DNA of 63,933 nucleotides, counting the filler, from Octopus bimaculoides (taxonomy: Eukaryota), in assembly GCF_001194135.2 (NCBI RefSeq). It is 10 parts of 10 records of this genome, joined end to end, with 100 filler letters (N's around TTAATTAATTAA, not from the genome) between each part and the next. Parts side by side here need not be neighbours in the genome. Positions count along the whole stretch, not along the records: positions 31,647 to 47,599 come from NC_068982.1; positions 47,700 to 50,631 come from NW_026342538.1; 8 more parts are not named here. One strand, given 5' to 3'. Under the pieces are notes generated by a model. It ran no database searches and was not told the origin of the DNA. It saw only the letters and a list, made by a program, of their open reading frames with translations. Shown piece by piece: positions 37,148 through 49,422 of this stretch (positions are counted from its first letter, which is position 1; every line of letters begins with the position of its first letter). The translations under genes and the position numbers were made by a program.

Positions 37148-37930
37148 TTAGGGATGATTCTTTTTGTAACCTACTTTTCTTTCCTTTCTAGATTGTTCCT
37201 GAATATATTTCCTATAAAGAGAAATTAATCTTGTCATGCTCACGTATATTGATTATTATTGTTTAATTTACATGCTGCATAGGGTAAAGAGTTACGACAA
37301 GGGAAAAAGTAGCAGAAAACCCGAAATAAAAGTTAATGTACTAGGACAAAAGAAAGGAAAACAAGCAATCAGGAAGCACTTTCCATTACACAATTGGTAA
37401 ACTATATACAGGTGAAAGTAATGATTGGCATAATAAATGATAATGAGCCCTCTCATTTCCCCAGAAGCAATATATATACATACATATATATTTCAGAAAG
37501 CGAAGCTCTAAATAGTCCGAATAGATTGACCAAGAAAACGTTCCCAGCCTGTTTCTCTCGCCGTAACTACCTGAAATAAATGGGCACAAAATATCAATTA
37601 TCTATTCAGAGAAAAAGTCTGCATAGGAACACTTCGAATCATGTATGAATTTTTATATTATTTAGGTTGGTATACAACAGTGTGGAAATGGAATAACTTG
37701 TCTCTGCATCCTAATGATACAAAGAATCTTATCATATGCCGAAATGAACATTTCCAGTAGGACAACCCGATTCTATTCGGGGATTTAAATGTATGCGATC
37801 ATACGTATTAAACGTGAAGTAACAAACAAAATGCCGTGTGATAATTAGCTACAATTTTTTATATTCTAATTTCAGATAAAATCAAAAACCGTCCCTTGAC
37901 TATCATAATATCTAGGTCGTTATATTATAC

Positions 37931-38241
37931 CATAGGTTCTCAAAGTGGGTGCTACGCTCCTCGGTAGGCATTGAGAACGTCCAGGTAGGCGCTGGTGTTT
38001 AAGAGGGCGGTAAACAAAAAGGAGGCGTTAGGAGAAAAGCAGTGGCCTGAGGGACGCTTATGAATTTATACTATTACAGTATTGTATACAAATTATATAT
38101 TATATTAAATATCAAATGAATAAGAGTTGATATAAATTAATAAAATATGAAATTTTTATTGACATAAAAATAGGGGTGGGGCGCTGAGGGTATTAGGTGG
38201 CCATGAGTGGGACGATGGCCCAAAAAGTTTGAGAACGTCTG
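37931..38241. mobile_element. hAT (Charlie/MER5-like) MITE with 8-bp target-site duplication
   Basis: Ends CATAGGTTCTCAAA and TTTGAGAACGTCTG; flanks TATTATAC (37923-37930) and TATTATAT (38242-38249), a 7/8 match. Confidence 0.8.
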
Positions 38242-41200
38242 TATTATATTGAAGATATGCATTACGAGTCAGTAAATACATTTAGAATTGACAATACACC
38301 AATTCTCGATTATATGTCTTTCTAAATAGAATTCTTTCTGCAAGTATATTGTACCACGTTCATGTCGATGAAGTAGGTATATACGCTGCTCGGTCAAAAT
38401 GTAGAGGATTTAGTGAACGTAATTTTTTTTTTTACCTTAACGATAGTCAAAATAATAAAAACTACGTAAAAGGGTTTTTATTCCATCGACACCTCGAAAA
38501 TTACTAAATATGTTATGTTTGCAAACTGTCAGTATCTTGCAGCGGCTAGGGGAAGATATGAATTTGGCATCAATCTCTCCAAGTGAAATTGGTGCTATTC
38601 ATAAGAGAAGTTTAACCAATCACTGCAAACATACATTATTTTACTGCACTCCACAGTTCAAACTCCAACCATACATGAAATAAATTTACACCGCGATAAA
38701 TTTAGTTGTTGAACGATATTTGGGTTTATCAAAGATGATTAGTAGTGTCGCTGACAGTATAACCAGTATAGGTTAGTTGGTTAGTAACAAGATTGTCTGA
38801 TCCAAACAAATTTTGTCTTCTGGACAGTATAAGCTGAAGTAAAGTGACATTGAAATCCATTGTGCACACTGCAGCACGAACTTGATAACCCATTAACCAT
38901 CATCAATTTGAAGCACGAACGTACGAATTGACACATATATTACTAGTGCATTCCGCCTATACGTACATTGCCATTTGAGCACCACTATGCTTAATGAAGT
39001 ACTGCATTCTTGCGATTTTCCAAACTTTTTTTTCACTCATTTGTAATTAAATAGAAAGAAAACGCTTTTTTAAAAAATAGGAAAGAACAAACATGAAAAG
39101 ACTAATAATTGATTCTTTTATCACGGTAGTATTACTCTGTATTCAAGTAACAAAGAATAGATCTAATGACAAGTTACCTGAGGCGTTTTTTTCTCTCTTT
39201 TATCTTCGAACAGATAGAAAAATGTCGACAACGAGTCGGTATTCTGAAGATAAATAAAAGCTATGTTTGTTTTGGCTCAGGAAAAGACAAAACTCTTCAG
39301 ACGTCCAATATATCGGTAAGTGGAATCACAAACTTACTATTATCGTTTAACAAAGGGTTTATCTCCTAGATTGTTATTCAAAATGGTTGCATTATATAAT
39401 AAAGAACAATTTAGTCAAATGACAATAAAATATTTAGAAAACATGTTTGTAATTACAAAGATGTTCAAAGAATAACAGAACAAATTTCAAAGTAACGTAG
39501 TGTCTCAACACGTGCGTTAATTTGCAGTAGCTACCGCAAATTTTTTTTAATGAATTCACATATTATGAACGTCTGACTGAGTGGAGAATTGTATGATGAT
39601 GATATCAAACATCTTCGTGTTTACTTCAATATTTTCTCCAATATCACTGTTGATGTTGTGGCAACATATAATGGATATATGTATTAATCAATCTTAACAC
39701 TATAATTTTTTACTTATGCAAACATTGGCGAAGTGAAACGATAGGTTGATACAATTTAATAAAACTTTTGTTTAATCCTGTCAGTTCATGTATTAAAACA
39801 TGGGCTTGCTTTATAAAAGTTAAAATGCCAATTACCTTTTTAGTATATATCTATTTTCTTTGCATGCTTTATATTAAGCATCTAATTTATATACACATGA
39901 AGCAAATACTCCCACATATCTATTAGAATTTTTTTTTCATTATACTTCATACTCGCTGTTACACAATATTCGCATATTCAATGAAAAGTATATAAAAGCA
40001 CATACAAATTATACATACATTGCAAAATATGCCATTTTCAATGTTATATTTCTCAAAATAACTTGCTGTATGACGTCTTAAAATGCAATGAACGCGACAC
40101 ACACGAAAAATATCTTATTAGAATTTGAGGAAAATCCATAGTCGATTTTTATATTTGAAAAGGTCATCAACTACAATTTGTTTGCTATAAGCTCTATGTA
40201 CACCTCATTCACTTATTTTATTTAATATATTTTTACACAAAATTCAAATTTTACAGTTATCAAAACGCCTCATTCATCATACCATTGAATTCAGCAATGA
40301 ATATATCGAATGTCTGACAGAAAGTTAAGTTACAATAGTCGCTGGTATTAAAATATCAAAGAATCGAGACAACTGTTCGAATTATTTGTTTGGCAAAGGT
40401 TAATTTCTTCATTACTTAAAGTGTATTACTTGAAGAACTATAGATATCTGCGGATTCTACTTCTAACAATAGGAAGAAAACCAGTCAATAAAATTTACTA
40501 TAATTATTGAAATAATAATATGTCAATATACAATTTCAGCCCCCGACAGTTAATTAGAAGGTAGCTCACCTTAATACCAAGATGAGGAAGTCAATAACGT
40601 CTTCTGTCTATCAAAAATAACTCCTACAAAAATAGCGTGTATATTTTGGTGAGATTTAATGAGCCTGCTGTTATAATTTACTCGATTTTTGTTTTTATTT
40701 GAATTCCTTTCATTTACATGTATAATGGCGTTGGCAGATCTATTGACTGTTACGACAACCATTTGGTGCACTTAATATATGGCTTTTGTTTTGATAGCAG
40801 TAGCCAATATTTTCTACATAATACCTGTGGCAACTAATAAATATCACTTTGTTAAATTTTCTTAATAACTGTAACATTTTTCCCCAAAGTCATTTATAGT
40901 TAATTATATTAATTATGTTGTAAATTTGGTATAGGAACGGACAAAAAGGATTGCCATGCTCATATATTATTCTTTACGTTCTGCGTTCTAATCATGTTGA
41001 TAATAACAGAATGTTAATTTTCTCTAGCCTCCCGATTTAGTTCTTGAATTAGAAATCATTATCAAAATTTATGTGGTAGAATCGGTAGTGCATCAGTAAA
41101 GGCGCCATGTACTACTTAGCTACGTCTGTTTACGTTCTACGATCAAATTCGCATCGGACGATTTAAATTTGCTCGTATTCTTCTTTCAACGAAATAACAC

Positions 41201-42995
41201 AGGAGGCAAGTTCTGCAGTACATACATAAGATGATATTATTTTGCAAAACTATATCTCCTTTGTGCCAATACCTTTCATCACTCTTACCAGTCGAATAGT
41301 AGGGAAAAGCAAATCTTCAATTCATTAACAAGCATACAACTACCAAATGCTTGACAGAAACTCAGCAGAATTTTGTTATCTGCGGTGCTTACATTAAATG
41401 ATTCCTTGTAATTAGAAATGCCCAAGTGAAACAATTACTGTTCAATAAGAATAGAATGTAAAAGGGGTGACAACGTAACAGCCACTTAAATGTAGAAACA
41501 TTTGGAATATGCATCTCTATAATCTAATTTCTAAATGCGATAATATAACATACGTATATAATTTACTTTGAAGGGCGTTTTATCAAAAACTGATGTAATT
41601 AAGGAAAGAGGGTGGAATAAAAATTCTTTGGAAATAAAATATACGCAAGGGGAAATTTCTGAAGAACGTGAGTTGCGGGTTAACTGTATTGAACTAAATA
41701 AATTGTCATGATTTAAGAGATATGTGGCCAACTGTATTTCAGTGGAAATGAACTGAATACGTCGATTAATTTTGTGGTAGCAACATATTAAAATCATAAA
41801 AATACCACGAGAATTCAGCGAGATAGATGGTCAATGAAATACTATGTAATCAAACACTTGTAGATTGAAATTACGAAATACACTTTATTAACTAACACTA
41901 TTTTCCTGTTTATAATAATGAATATTATGCAATTATGTATATCTCTATGGCTTTATAATTAGAGGTTAGTTCTTGGTCTCAGGGTCATAGAATATGGTTT
42001 CGATTCATAAGATGGTCAAAACGTTGTGATAAAGAGCAAAGTAATTAATTTCCTGTTGATCAAGTCTGACCACCAGAAAAGAGTACTAGTCTGGTGTACC
42101 TCTCTCTTCCCCTACAGATCCCTTACCCTTGACCTCCCGAATATTCAGAATCGGAAGGTTTAATAGTATATCAATGATTAATGACTGCANNNNNNNNNNN
42201 NNNNNNNNNNNNNNNNNNNNNNNNNNNNNNNNNNNNNNNNNNNNNNNNNNNNNNNNNNNNNNNNNNNNNNNNNNNNNNNNNNNNNNNNNNNNNNNNNNNN
42301 NNNNNNNNNNNNNNNNNNNNNNNNNNNNNNNNNNNNNNNNNNNNNNNNNNNNNNNNNNNNNNNNNNNNNNNNNNNNNNNNNNNCCGAATATTCAGAATCG
42401 GAAGGTTTAATAGTATATCAATGATTAATGACTGCAACATAAGCACCTAAAATAATTAGCAAGTATTTCGTGCATGTTGCCACATCATGCTCGCATACGA
42501 ATTACTGTTGGTGTTATATATATACACACATACATATGCATTTAAGTGTTTGTGTGTCAGTGCGCGCGCGGGTTTGTGTTCGCTGAAGGGCATTTGTGCA
42601 GTGACACTACAAATTCAAGCATATATTTTCTTTGCTGTGCTTACGGCGGGGATTTGAATCGGTTCCAAATGTCCGTTCAACGAAGTTACGCTAATGGTCT
42701 GCATCACATATGATTGGGTCATCCTATTTATAGTGCAGTTTCTTTAAACTTCTTTTATTTTAAAAATTAAGCTAAACAAACTTGTTTTCTAATCTAAAAT
42801 ATACTCTCCTTCATTTTCTACAAAGTTCTTCCATCTATCTGGTAGACTTGCAAGGCTCCTTTTCCAAAATTCACTCGTCCCTGACAAAGAATACGCCTAC
42901 TGTACTGTTCCGGTCAAATAATTTAGAAGACTGCAGAATAAATGATAATCAGATGGTTTAATGTCCGGCGAATATGGTGAGAGGGGCATCGTTTC

Positions 42996-43280
42996 CTATT
43001 CAAACTGCTCTAGCATTTGGAATGTCATCCTCACTGTATGTGGCCGAGCCTTATCCTGATGTAAGAATATCTTTCGCCTTGAAGCAAATGATGGCTGGTT
43101 TACGTCTAGCGGTGACTTAAGCCGCTCAAGCTGCTTGTTGTAGATTTCCTTTGTTATTGTTTGCTTTGGGTTTAAAAGTTCAAAATGGACTAAATCATTC
43201 ACAACCCACGAAAGAGATAACAACACCTTACGTAGGTAAATACCTTCTTTAGCCTGGGGTGCTGGTGTTTCTGGTTCCGG
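42996..43280 (-). pseudogene. Mariner transposase catalytic-domain remnant
   Basis: RKVLLSLSWVVNDLVHFELLNPKQTITKEIYNKQLERLK...IFLHQDKARPHT matches mariner K(V/I)MLxVWWD..FELL...HQDNARPH. Confidence 0.9.
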
Positions 43281-43873
43281 GTTCATTCCCACTGCGTAGT
43301 AGAAATATCTTCTACTATAGCCTCGGGCCGACCAAAACTTTGTGAGTGGATTTGGTAGACGGAAACTGAAGGAAGCCCGTCGTGTATATGTATATATATA
43401 TATGTATAGGCATATGTCTTNNNNNNNNNNNNNNNNNNNNNNNNNNNNNNNNNNNNNNNNNNNNNNNNNNNNNNNNNNNNNNNNNNNNNNNNNNNNNNNN
43501 NNNNNNNNNNNNNNNNNNNNNNNNNNNNNNNNNNNNNNNNATCTTCTACTATAGCCTCGGGCCGACCAAAACTTTGTGAGTGGATTTGGTAGACGGAAAC
43601 TGAAGGAAGCCCGTCGTGTATATGTATATATATATATGTATAGGCATATGTCTTTATATGTTTGTGTGTCTGTGTTTGTACTCCCACAGAACATCGCTTG
43701 ACAACCGATGGTGGTGTGTTTACATTCCCGTAATCTAGCGGTTCGGCAAAAAGCGACGGATAGAATGAGTACTAGGCTTCCAAAACACAACCTGGAGTCG
43801 ATTTGCTCGACAAAAGACGGTGCTCCAGCATGACCGCAGTCAAATGACTAAAACAAGTATAAGAGTAAAGAGT
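43272..43873 (+). mobile_element. SINE family B (5'-clipped; internal gap with duplicated flanks)
   Basis: Matches 36229-36535 and continues to GGTGCTCCAGCATGACCGCAGTCAAATGACTAAAACAAGTATAAGAGTAAAGAGT. Confidence 0.9.
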
Positions 43874-43875
43874 AA

Positions 43876-43959
43876 TATGTGTGTGTGTCTGTGTGTCTAT
43901 GTCTGTGTCTGTATGTATGTGTGTGTGTCTATGTCTGTGTGTGTATGTGTGTGTCTATG

Positions 43960-43997
<38 letters not shown>

Positions 43998-44016
43998 TGT
44001 ATGTGTGTGTGTGTGC
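43876..44016 (+). repeat. Imperfect (TG)n microsatellite
   Basis: Direct inspection. Confidence 0.9.
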
Positions 44017-44245
44017 TTAATTTAAAAGGAAAGACCCAGAGAATTAGTTACCAGCCTAACCAAATGTCACATAGGCGCCTAAAAAATTAGTAACCCGAAT
44101 TGCATGGGTGATCATTCCGACGAAGTGAGACGTGTTTTGGAGAACCTAAGTGGAAAGAAATTTGGAAACAAACGTATAAGATGTTGTCTAAATCATTTAT
44201 ATGACCTTATCACCGACGTATGTTTCGATTGATACATTTAAAAGT

Positions 44246-44282
<37 letters not shown>

Positions 44283-44283
<1 letters not shown>

Positions 44284-44530
44284 TGCCGAGGCACATGTCC
44301 TAGTGGTCAGATCAGGTGATGTGCGTGTATGAGCAAAGCACCTAGAGCTCCAGGCGACTCCGGCAGAACATAATGGCGAACTTCTGCTGACTCTCTCGCC
44401 TCAACTTTCTCTCGCACTTTCCTCCTGCATCTAGCAACTCACCTACAACAGAACAGCGTTTCGTTAATTTGGAGAATGCAACCGGAAAGCCGGTCCTTAT
44501 GAGCCATTTATAGCTAGTGACGGACAAAGA
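44283..44530 (+). mobile_element. SINE family D copy
   Basis: GGCACATGTCCTAGTGGTCAG head; CACCTAGAGCTCCAGGCGACTCCGGCAG...ATGGCGAAC body shared with 24198-24359. Confidence 0.55.
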
Positions 44531-44532
44531 GC

Positions 44533-44650
<118 letters not shown>

Positions 44651-45145
44651 ACACTGTTTATACATGTACGTGCACATATATATGAGTGCATGTATGCATG
44701 TATATTCGTATGTATAAATATGTATATGGATTTATTTGTATAGAAATCTCTGTTGATTTACCAGAAGAGACAAATTGCGGGACTCAATAAAAATATAGAA
44801 TATCCCTTACAATATTATAACAGAAAATTTACGCATTCCTGTTCTTGCACGTGCCGTTCACAATGGTTTTTAAATGGAACTATAAAAGTTTAAGTGCATT
44901 TTCATCCGCTGAGTTCATATTTAGAAAAAACATCAGATATTAGTAGATATTTAAAAAGAAATCCTGATGATAGGAAATCATAAGTAACTCAGACAACAGT
45001 CGGAGCCGTTCAGAGGTATATGTGTGTGTGTGTTTTTGCATTTGCTTGTGTGCATATGTGTCAGTGGGTGTGTGCATGTACATATATGCAGACACACATA
45101 CTTGCATATATACATTCATACATATACACGCGCGCGCACACACAA

Positions 45146-45180
<35 letters not shown>

Positions 45181-45934
45181 ATTTGTTTTAAATACGGATT
45201 AAGAATTGACTATATTCTTCTTGTACGAAGCACAGTAAATCTATCGGACACAATGTGACACTAGGATTTTTGAGTGAGTGTGTCAGATTCATATCTCAAT
45301 CGCATTCATTATTTATTCATTTTATGTGAACTACTTAACTATACTGATAAAAGCTAGACACAGCTTGCATTGATAATTTCAGGATTTCTCCTTTTTTGCG
45401 GAACTGCTATTGTAGATTTCTCTATTTTGAATACACAATCGTGGCTCTTTGTGAACGGTCAACAAAAACTCTATGAACAATGCATTTACCTTAACCATGC
45501 ACTAGTAATAATACTTCCCTATCTACAAATGAGATTAATATTGGATGTTTTCTCAAAGACTTGGGTTATAAATCTTCTATAGTGAATGCTTTTTCAAAGT
45601 TTCCATGATATAGAATGGTTCCAAAATTGGATAATACACTGCTTGCGAATTGTAATAATATTACATTTAAAATTATGTTTTTGTGACCATTGATGAAATA
45701 GGTTATGCTGTAATGTTTTGGAGGTAAGGAAAATATATCATTCTATATACAATAATATCTGAAAACATAATGTATTTAGAAAGCAAACTCTCTAAGTAAA
45801 TCTGATTCTATCGAGGCATTGTACAGCATATGTTACACTGTAATTTCGATAAAATATATTACATTCTACGTAATGTGACTGAACATTCAATATACTTTGG
45901 CAATGAAACAGACATTTTCATGAATGCGTAAACG

Positions 45935-46094
45935 ATGTGGCTGCGTGGTAAGATGCTTGATTCTCAACCACATGCTCTCGGGATCGGTCCCACCGCGTGA
46001 CATCTTGTCCTAATGTCTTCTACTACAGCGTCGGGCCGACCAAAGCCTTGTGAGTGGGTGGATTGGGTACATAGGAACTGAAAATTACCTGTAG

Positions 46095-46126
<32 letters not shown>

Positions 46127-46335
46127 CTGTGTTTGTCTCCCCACCATCGTGTTACAACCGATTTTGGTGTGTTTAGACACTGTAAGTTAGCTGTTCGGAA
46201 AAAGAAACTGATATAATAAGTACTAGGATTAAAAGTAAGTTCTAGGATCGAATTATTCGGGTAAAATCCGTCAAGGCCTTGCCCCAGCATGGCCGCAGTC
46301 AAATGTCTGAAATAAGTAAAAGAATAAAAGAATAA
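45935..46335 (+). mobile_element. SINE family B, full length, diverged
   Basis: TGTGGCTGCGTGGTAAG head, GGGCCGACCAAAGCCTTGTGAGTGG, internal (TA)n, 3' CCAGCATGGCCGCAGTCAAATG...AAAAGAATAAAAGAAT. Confidence 0.85.
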
Positions 46336-47699
46336 ATGAGTGTACCACATCATTGAATTATTTCAAAATACATGAATTCATATCATAAATTTTTTCTGTG
46401 GTAATTACAATAGAAAAGAGAAATTCTTCCAGAATTTCAACACATTGCTTTAATTTCCTTTGCATTGCATACTGTTTTACGTCAGCTCAGCATATGAATA
46501 TATGTTTTGTCTCCCTTTTCTCTCCGTTACGTTTCAGCCCAGTTTTCGTCTTTTTCTCCCTCCTCTGTCTAACTTTTGAAATATACATATATATATATCA
46601 TAAATATACAAGGATTAGCAATTGAGTTGCTTCTCCAACATACTGAAAATTTAGAAATAGCAGTCAAAGAACTACTGATTCCAAAGTACAAATTTTTCTC
46701 TAAAGCGGATGGCGATATTTATGGCACACATAGAACAAAAAACCGGAGGGAAAAGCGTAAACAAACCAAGCCTTTAGTTAATTGGATACGAATCGTTTCA
46801 TGGTTAAGTGAATGGAAATTTCACTATTCCAATCTTCAGCCCAAATATTCTGATAAATTTGAAAGTGTCTCTAAAAAAATTCACGGTAATTTTTGGCCAT
46901 GCGACACCAAAAATCAACGATAAGAAAGGCACTTACGAATTCATCGGCTAGCGAGTTCAGGCACCTCACCCCAAAGAAATCTATTCCATGTGCGTCACAA
47001 ATAGTCCCGTATGAAAAGAAGTCCCGTGTGGAGGGATTTACGGTTTAACCATCTAACTTAGAGATATCAAATATAAAATATACAAGAATAACATTAATTA
47101 GATTAACATATATGCACATAATAACGCACACTAGTATGTGTGAGAAGGCGCGCACGCACACACATATACACACACACGCGCGCATACGTTTCTGTTTCTC
47201 TCTGAAAAATAAAAGTTATCTAGCTGACGAGAAACAAAAATCAATATTGCCATAACTGACAAAACAAGTCGAGCTGGCCTTCATTTAGAAAAATGAAGGG
47301 GGGGGGGGAAATCTCACAAACAAACATAAAAATCTGAATAATCGCTATGACTACATTTGATAATTCACTACTTCCAAAATCACAATCTTCGAAGATTTAT
47401 TCACACGACTAAAAATGTTGATGCTAAAATGTTCTGTTAAAAATGGCTTTAAAAAANNNNNNNNNNACGCGCGCATACGTTTCTGTTTCTCTCTGAAAAA
47501 TAAAAGTTATCTAGCTGACGAGAAACAAAAATCAATATTGCCATAACTGACAAAACAAGTCGAGCTGGCCTTCATTTAGAAAAATGAAGGGGGGGGGGGN
47601 NNNNNNNNNNNNNNNNNNNNNNNNNNNNNNNNNNNNNNNNNNNTTAATTAATTAANNNNNNNNNNNNNNNNNNNNNNNNNNNNNNNNNNNNNNNNNNNN

Positions 47700-48001
47700 T
47701 GTGTATATATACATGTACTTATATATGTATAACTGTACATAGATGAACATATATATATATATATATATATACATGTGTAGATATGTATATACATGTATAT
47801 AGATATATACATGCATATATATATACGTATATATACATGTATGTATACTTGTGTATATATGTATACAGGTAATTATAGATATATATCTATATACATATAT
47901 GTATACATGTATGTATATATATATATGTGTATATATATATATATATGTATATATATGTATTTATATATATATGTATATATACACGTTTATATATGTATAT
48001 G

Positions 48002-48041
<40 letters not shown>

Positions 48042-48083
48042 CTGCTGTATATATATGTATATAAGTATATATATATATGTGTG

Positions 48084-48120
<37 letters not shown>
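47700..48120 (+). repeat. Long imperfect (TA)n/(TG)n array
   Basis: Direct inspection; runs straight into the 3' half of a SINE B. Confidence 0.9.
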
Positions 48121-48122
<2 letters not shown>

Positions 48123-48305
48123 CTGTGTTTGTACCCCACCGTTACTTGACAACCGATGTTGCGTTTATGTACCTTAGCCGTTTGGCAAAACACACTGATA
48201 ACATAAGTACTAGGCTTACAGAGAATAAATGCTGGGGTCGATTTCTTCAATTAAAGCCTGCACTCCAGCGTGGTCGCAGTGACATGACCGAAAGAAGTAA
48301 AACAA
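48121..48305 (+). mobile_element. SINE family B 3' half
   Basis: CTGTGTTTGTACCCC...CTTGACAACCGATG...TAAGTACTAGGCTTACAGAGAATAAATGCTGGGGTCGATTT...GCAGTGACATGACCGAAAGAAGTAAAA. Confidence 0.85.
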
Positions 48306-48319
48306 TGAAAAATTTTGCC

Positions 48320-48356
48320 ATTTTATCCCCGAGAAACGCCGGATATCTCTGCTAGT
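48320..48356 (+). mobile_element. Probable Helitron 3' terminus
   Basis: Hairpin TATCC-CCGAGAAACGCC-GGATA six nt upstream of CTAG|T (48352-48356), the standard Helitron end architecture. Confidence 0.5.
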
Positions 48357-48367
48357 ATATATATAAA

Positions 48368-48642
48368 GCAACAGTAACATCCACCCTTAGGAGTCAGCCA
48401 CATTTAAGTGGAAAATATACTTCACCTTGTCGTGCAGTTACTGTTAATACCTCGTTCAGAGATTTAACATTGCTTGTTTTCACTTTGTCGAGATCAGTGA
48501 ATACTTTCCCTTTGCAAATACAGACAGGACACAGATGTGTGTCGATAGCCAGCTGGAAGAGATGTTCTCCTGGAGCTAAACGCAACAGTGACATCCACCC
48601 TTAGGGGTCAGCCACATTTAAGTGGCAAATATACTTTACCTT
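48368..48642. repeat. 275-bp unit with 61-bp direct terminal repeats (period 214), flanked by (TA)n
   Basis: 48368-48428 vs 48582-48642: 57/61 identical. Confidence 0.85.
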
Positions 48643-49218
48643 ATTTATATATATATATAACGTCGACCACTAACGTGGACAGTTATCCCCTGAGATTGCA
48701 GATAATATTTCTGAATCTCTTTGATTCTTTAGATGCGCTGGCCTCCTGGTAATTATTCGATATTAATTAATATATGACTAATTACCAGATTTTATAATTA
48801 NNNNNNNNNNNNNNNNNNNNNNNNNNNNNNNNNNNNNNNNNNNNNNNNNNNNNNNNNNNNNNNNNNNNNNNNNNNNNNNNNNNNNNNNNNNNNNNNNNNN
48901 NNNNNNNNNNNNNNNNNNNNNNNNNNNNNNNNNNNNNNNNNNNNNNNNNNNNNNNNNNNNNNNNNNNNNNNNNNNNNNNNNNNNNNNNNNNNNNNNNNNN
49001 NNNNNNNNNNNNNNNNNNNNNNNNNNNNNNNNNNNNNNNNNNNNNNNNNNNNNNNNNNNNNNNNNNNNAAAATATTGTACATTTAAACACAAGAGAAATT
49101 AACTATAACATGCAATTCCTATATTCTAGAAGACAGTCAAACAACCGAAAAACACGAAATTTAAGCAATTTCAAAGGGAATGAAAAAGTAAAAAAACTTT
49201 TACCTTATTTTAACGGTG

Positions 49219-49422
49219 AGACCTATAGGTTTCGAATTCTTTGAGTAAATAAAAAAAATTACTAGGCAAATTCTCTTCAGTTACCAGCCGTCAAAGATTA
49301 ACTTATAATTATGAGACAAATCGCACGTGTCTCATCGTTATATGTTATAATTCTTTTCAAAATCCACTACGCAGCTGCAGTTTCAGTCGGCAAAAAATGA
49401 AAAATTCGAAACCTATAGGTCT
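49219..49422. mobile_element. Small element with 20-bp inverted termini (MITE-like)
   Basis: AGACCTATAGGTTTCGAATT (49219-49238) is the exact reverse complement of AATTCGAAACCTATAGGTCT (49403-49422). Confidence 0.6.

Noticed and set aside
42131-42440. Direct repeat CCGAATATTCAGAATCGGAAGG...ATGACTGCA on both sides of a gap
   Set aside because: An exact duplication flanking an N run is most simply an unmerged contig overlap.
43307-43655. Exact duplication of about 115 bp within the SINE B copy
   Set aside because: It flanks an N gap, so it is an assembly overlap artefact.
47137-47599. Exact duplication of about 130 bp (ACGCGCGCATACG...GGGGGG)
   Set aside because: Both copies abut gaps and are identical; likely mis-scaffolding.
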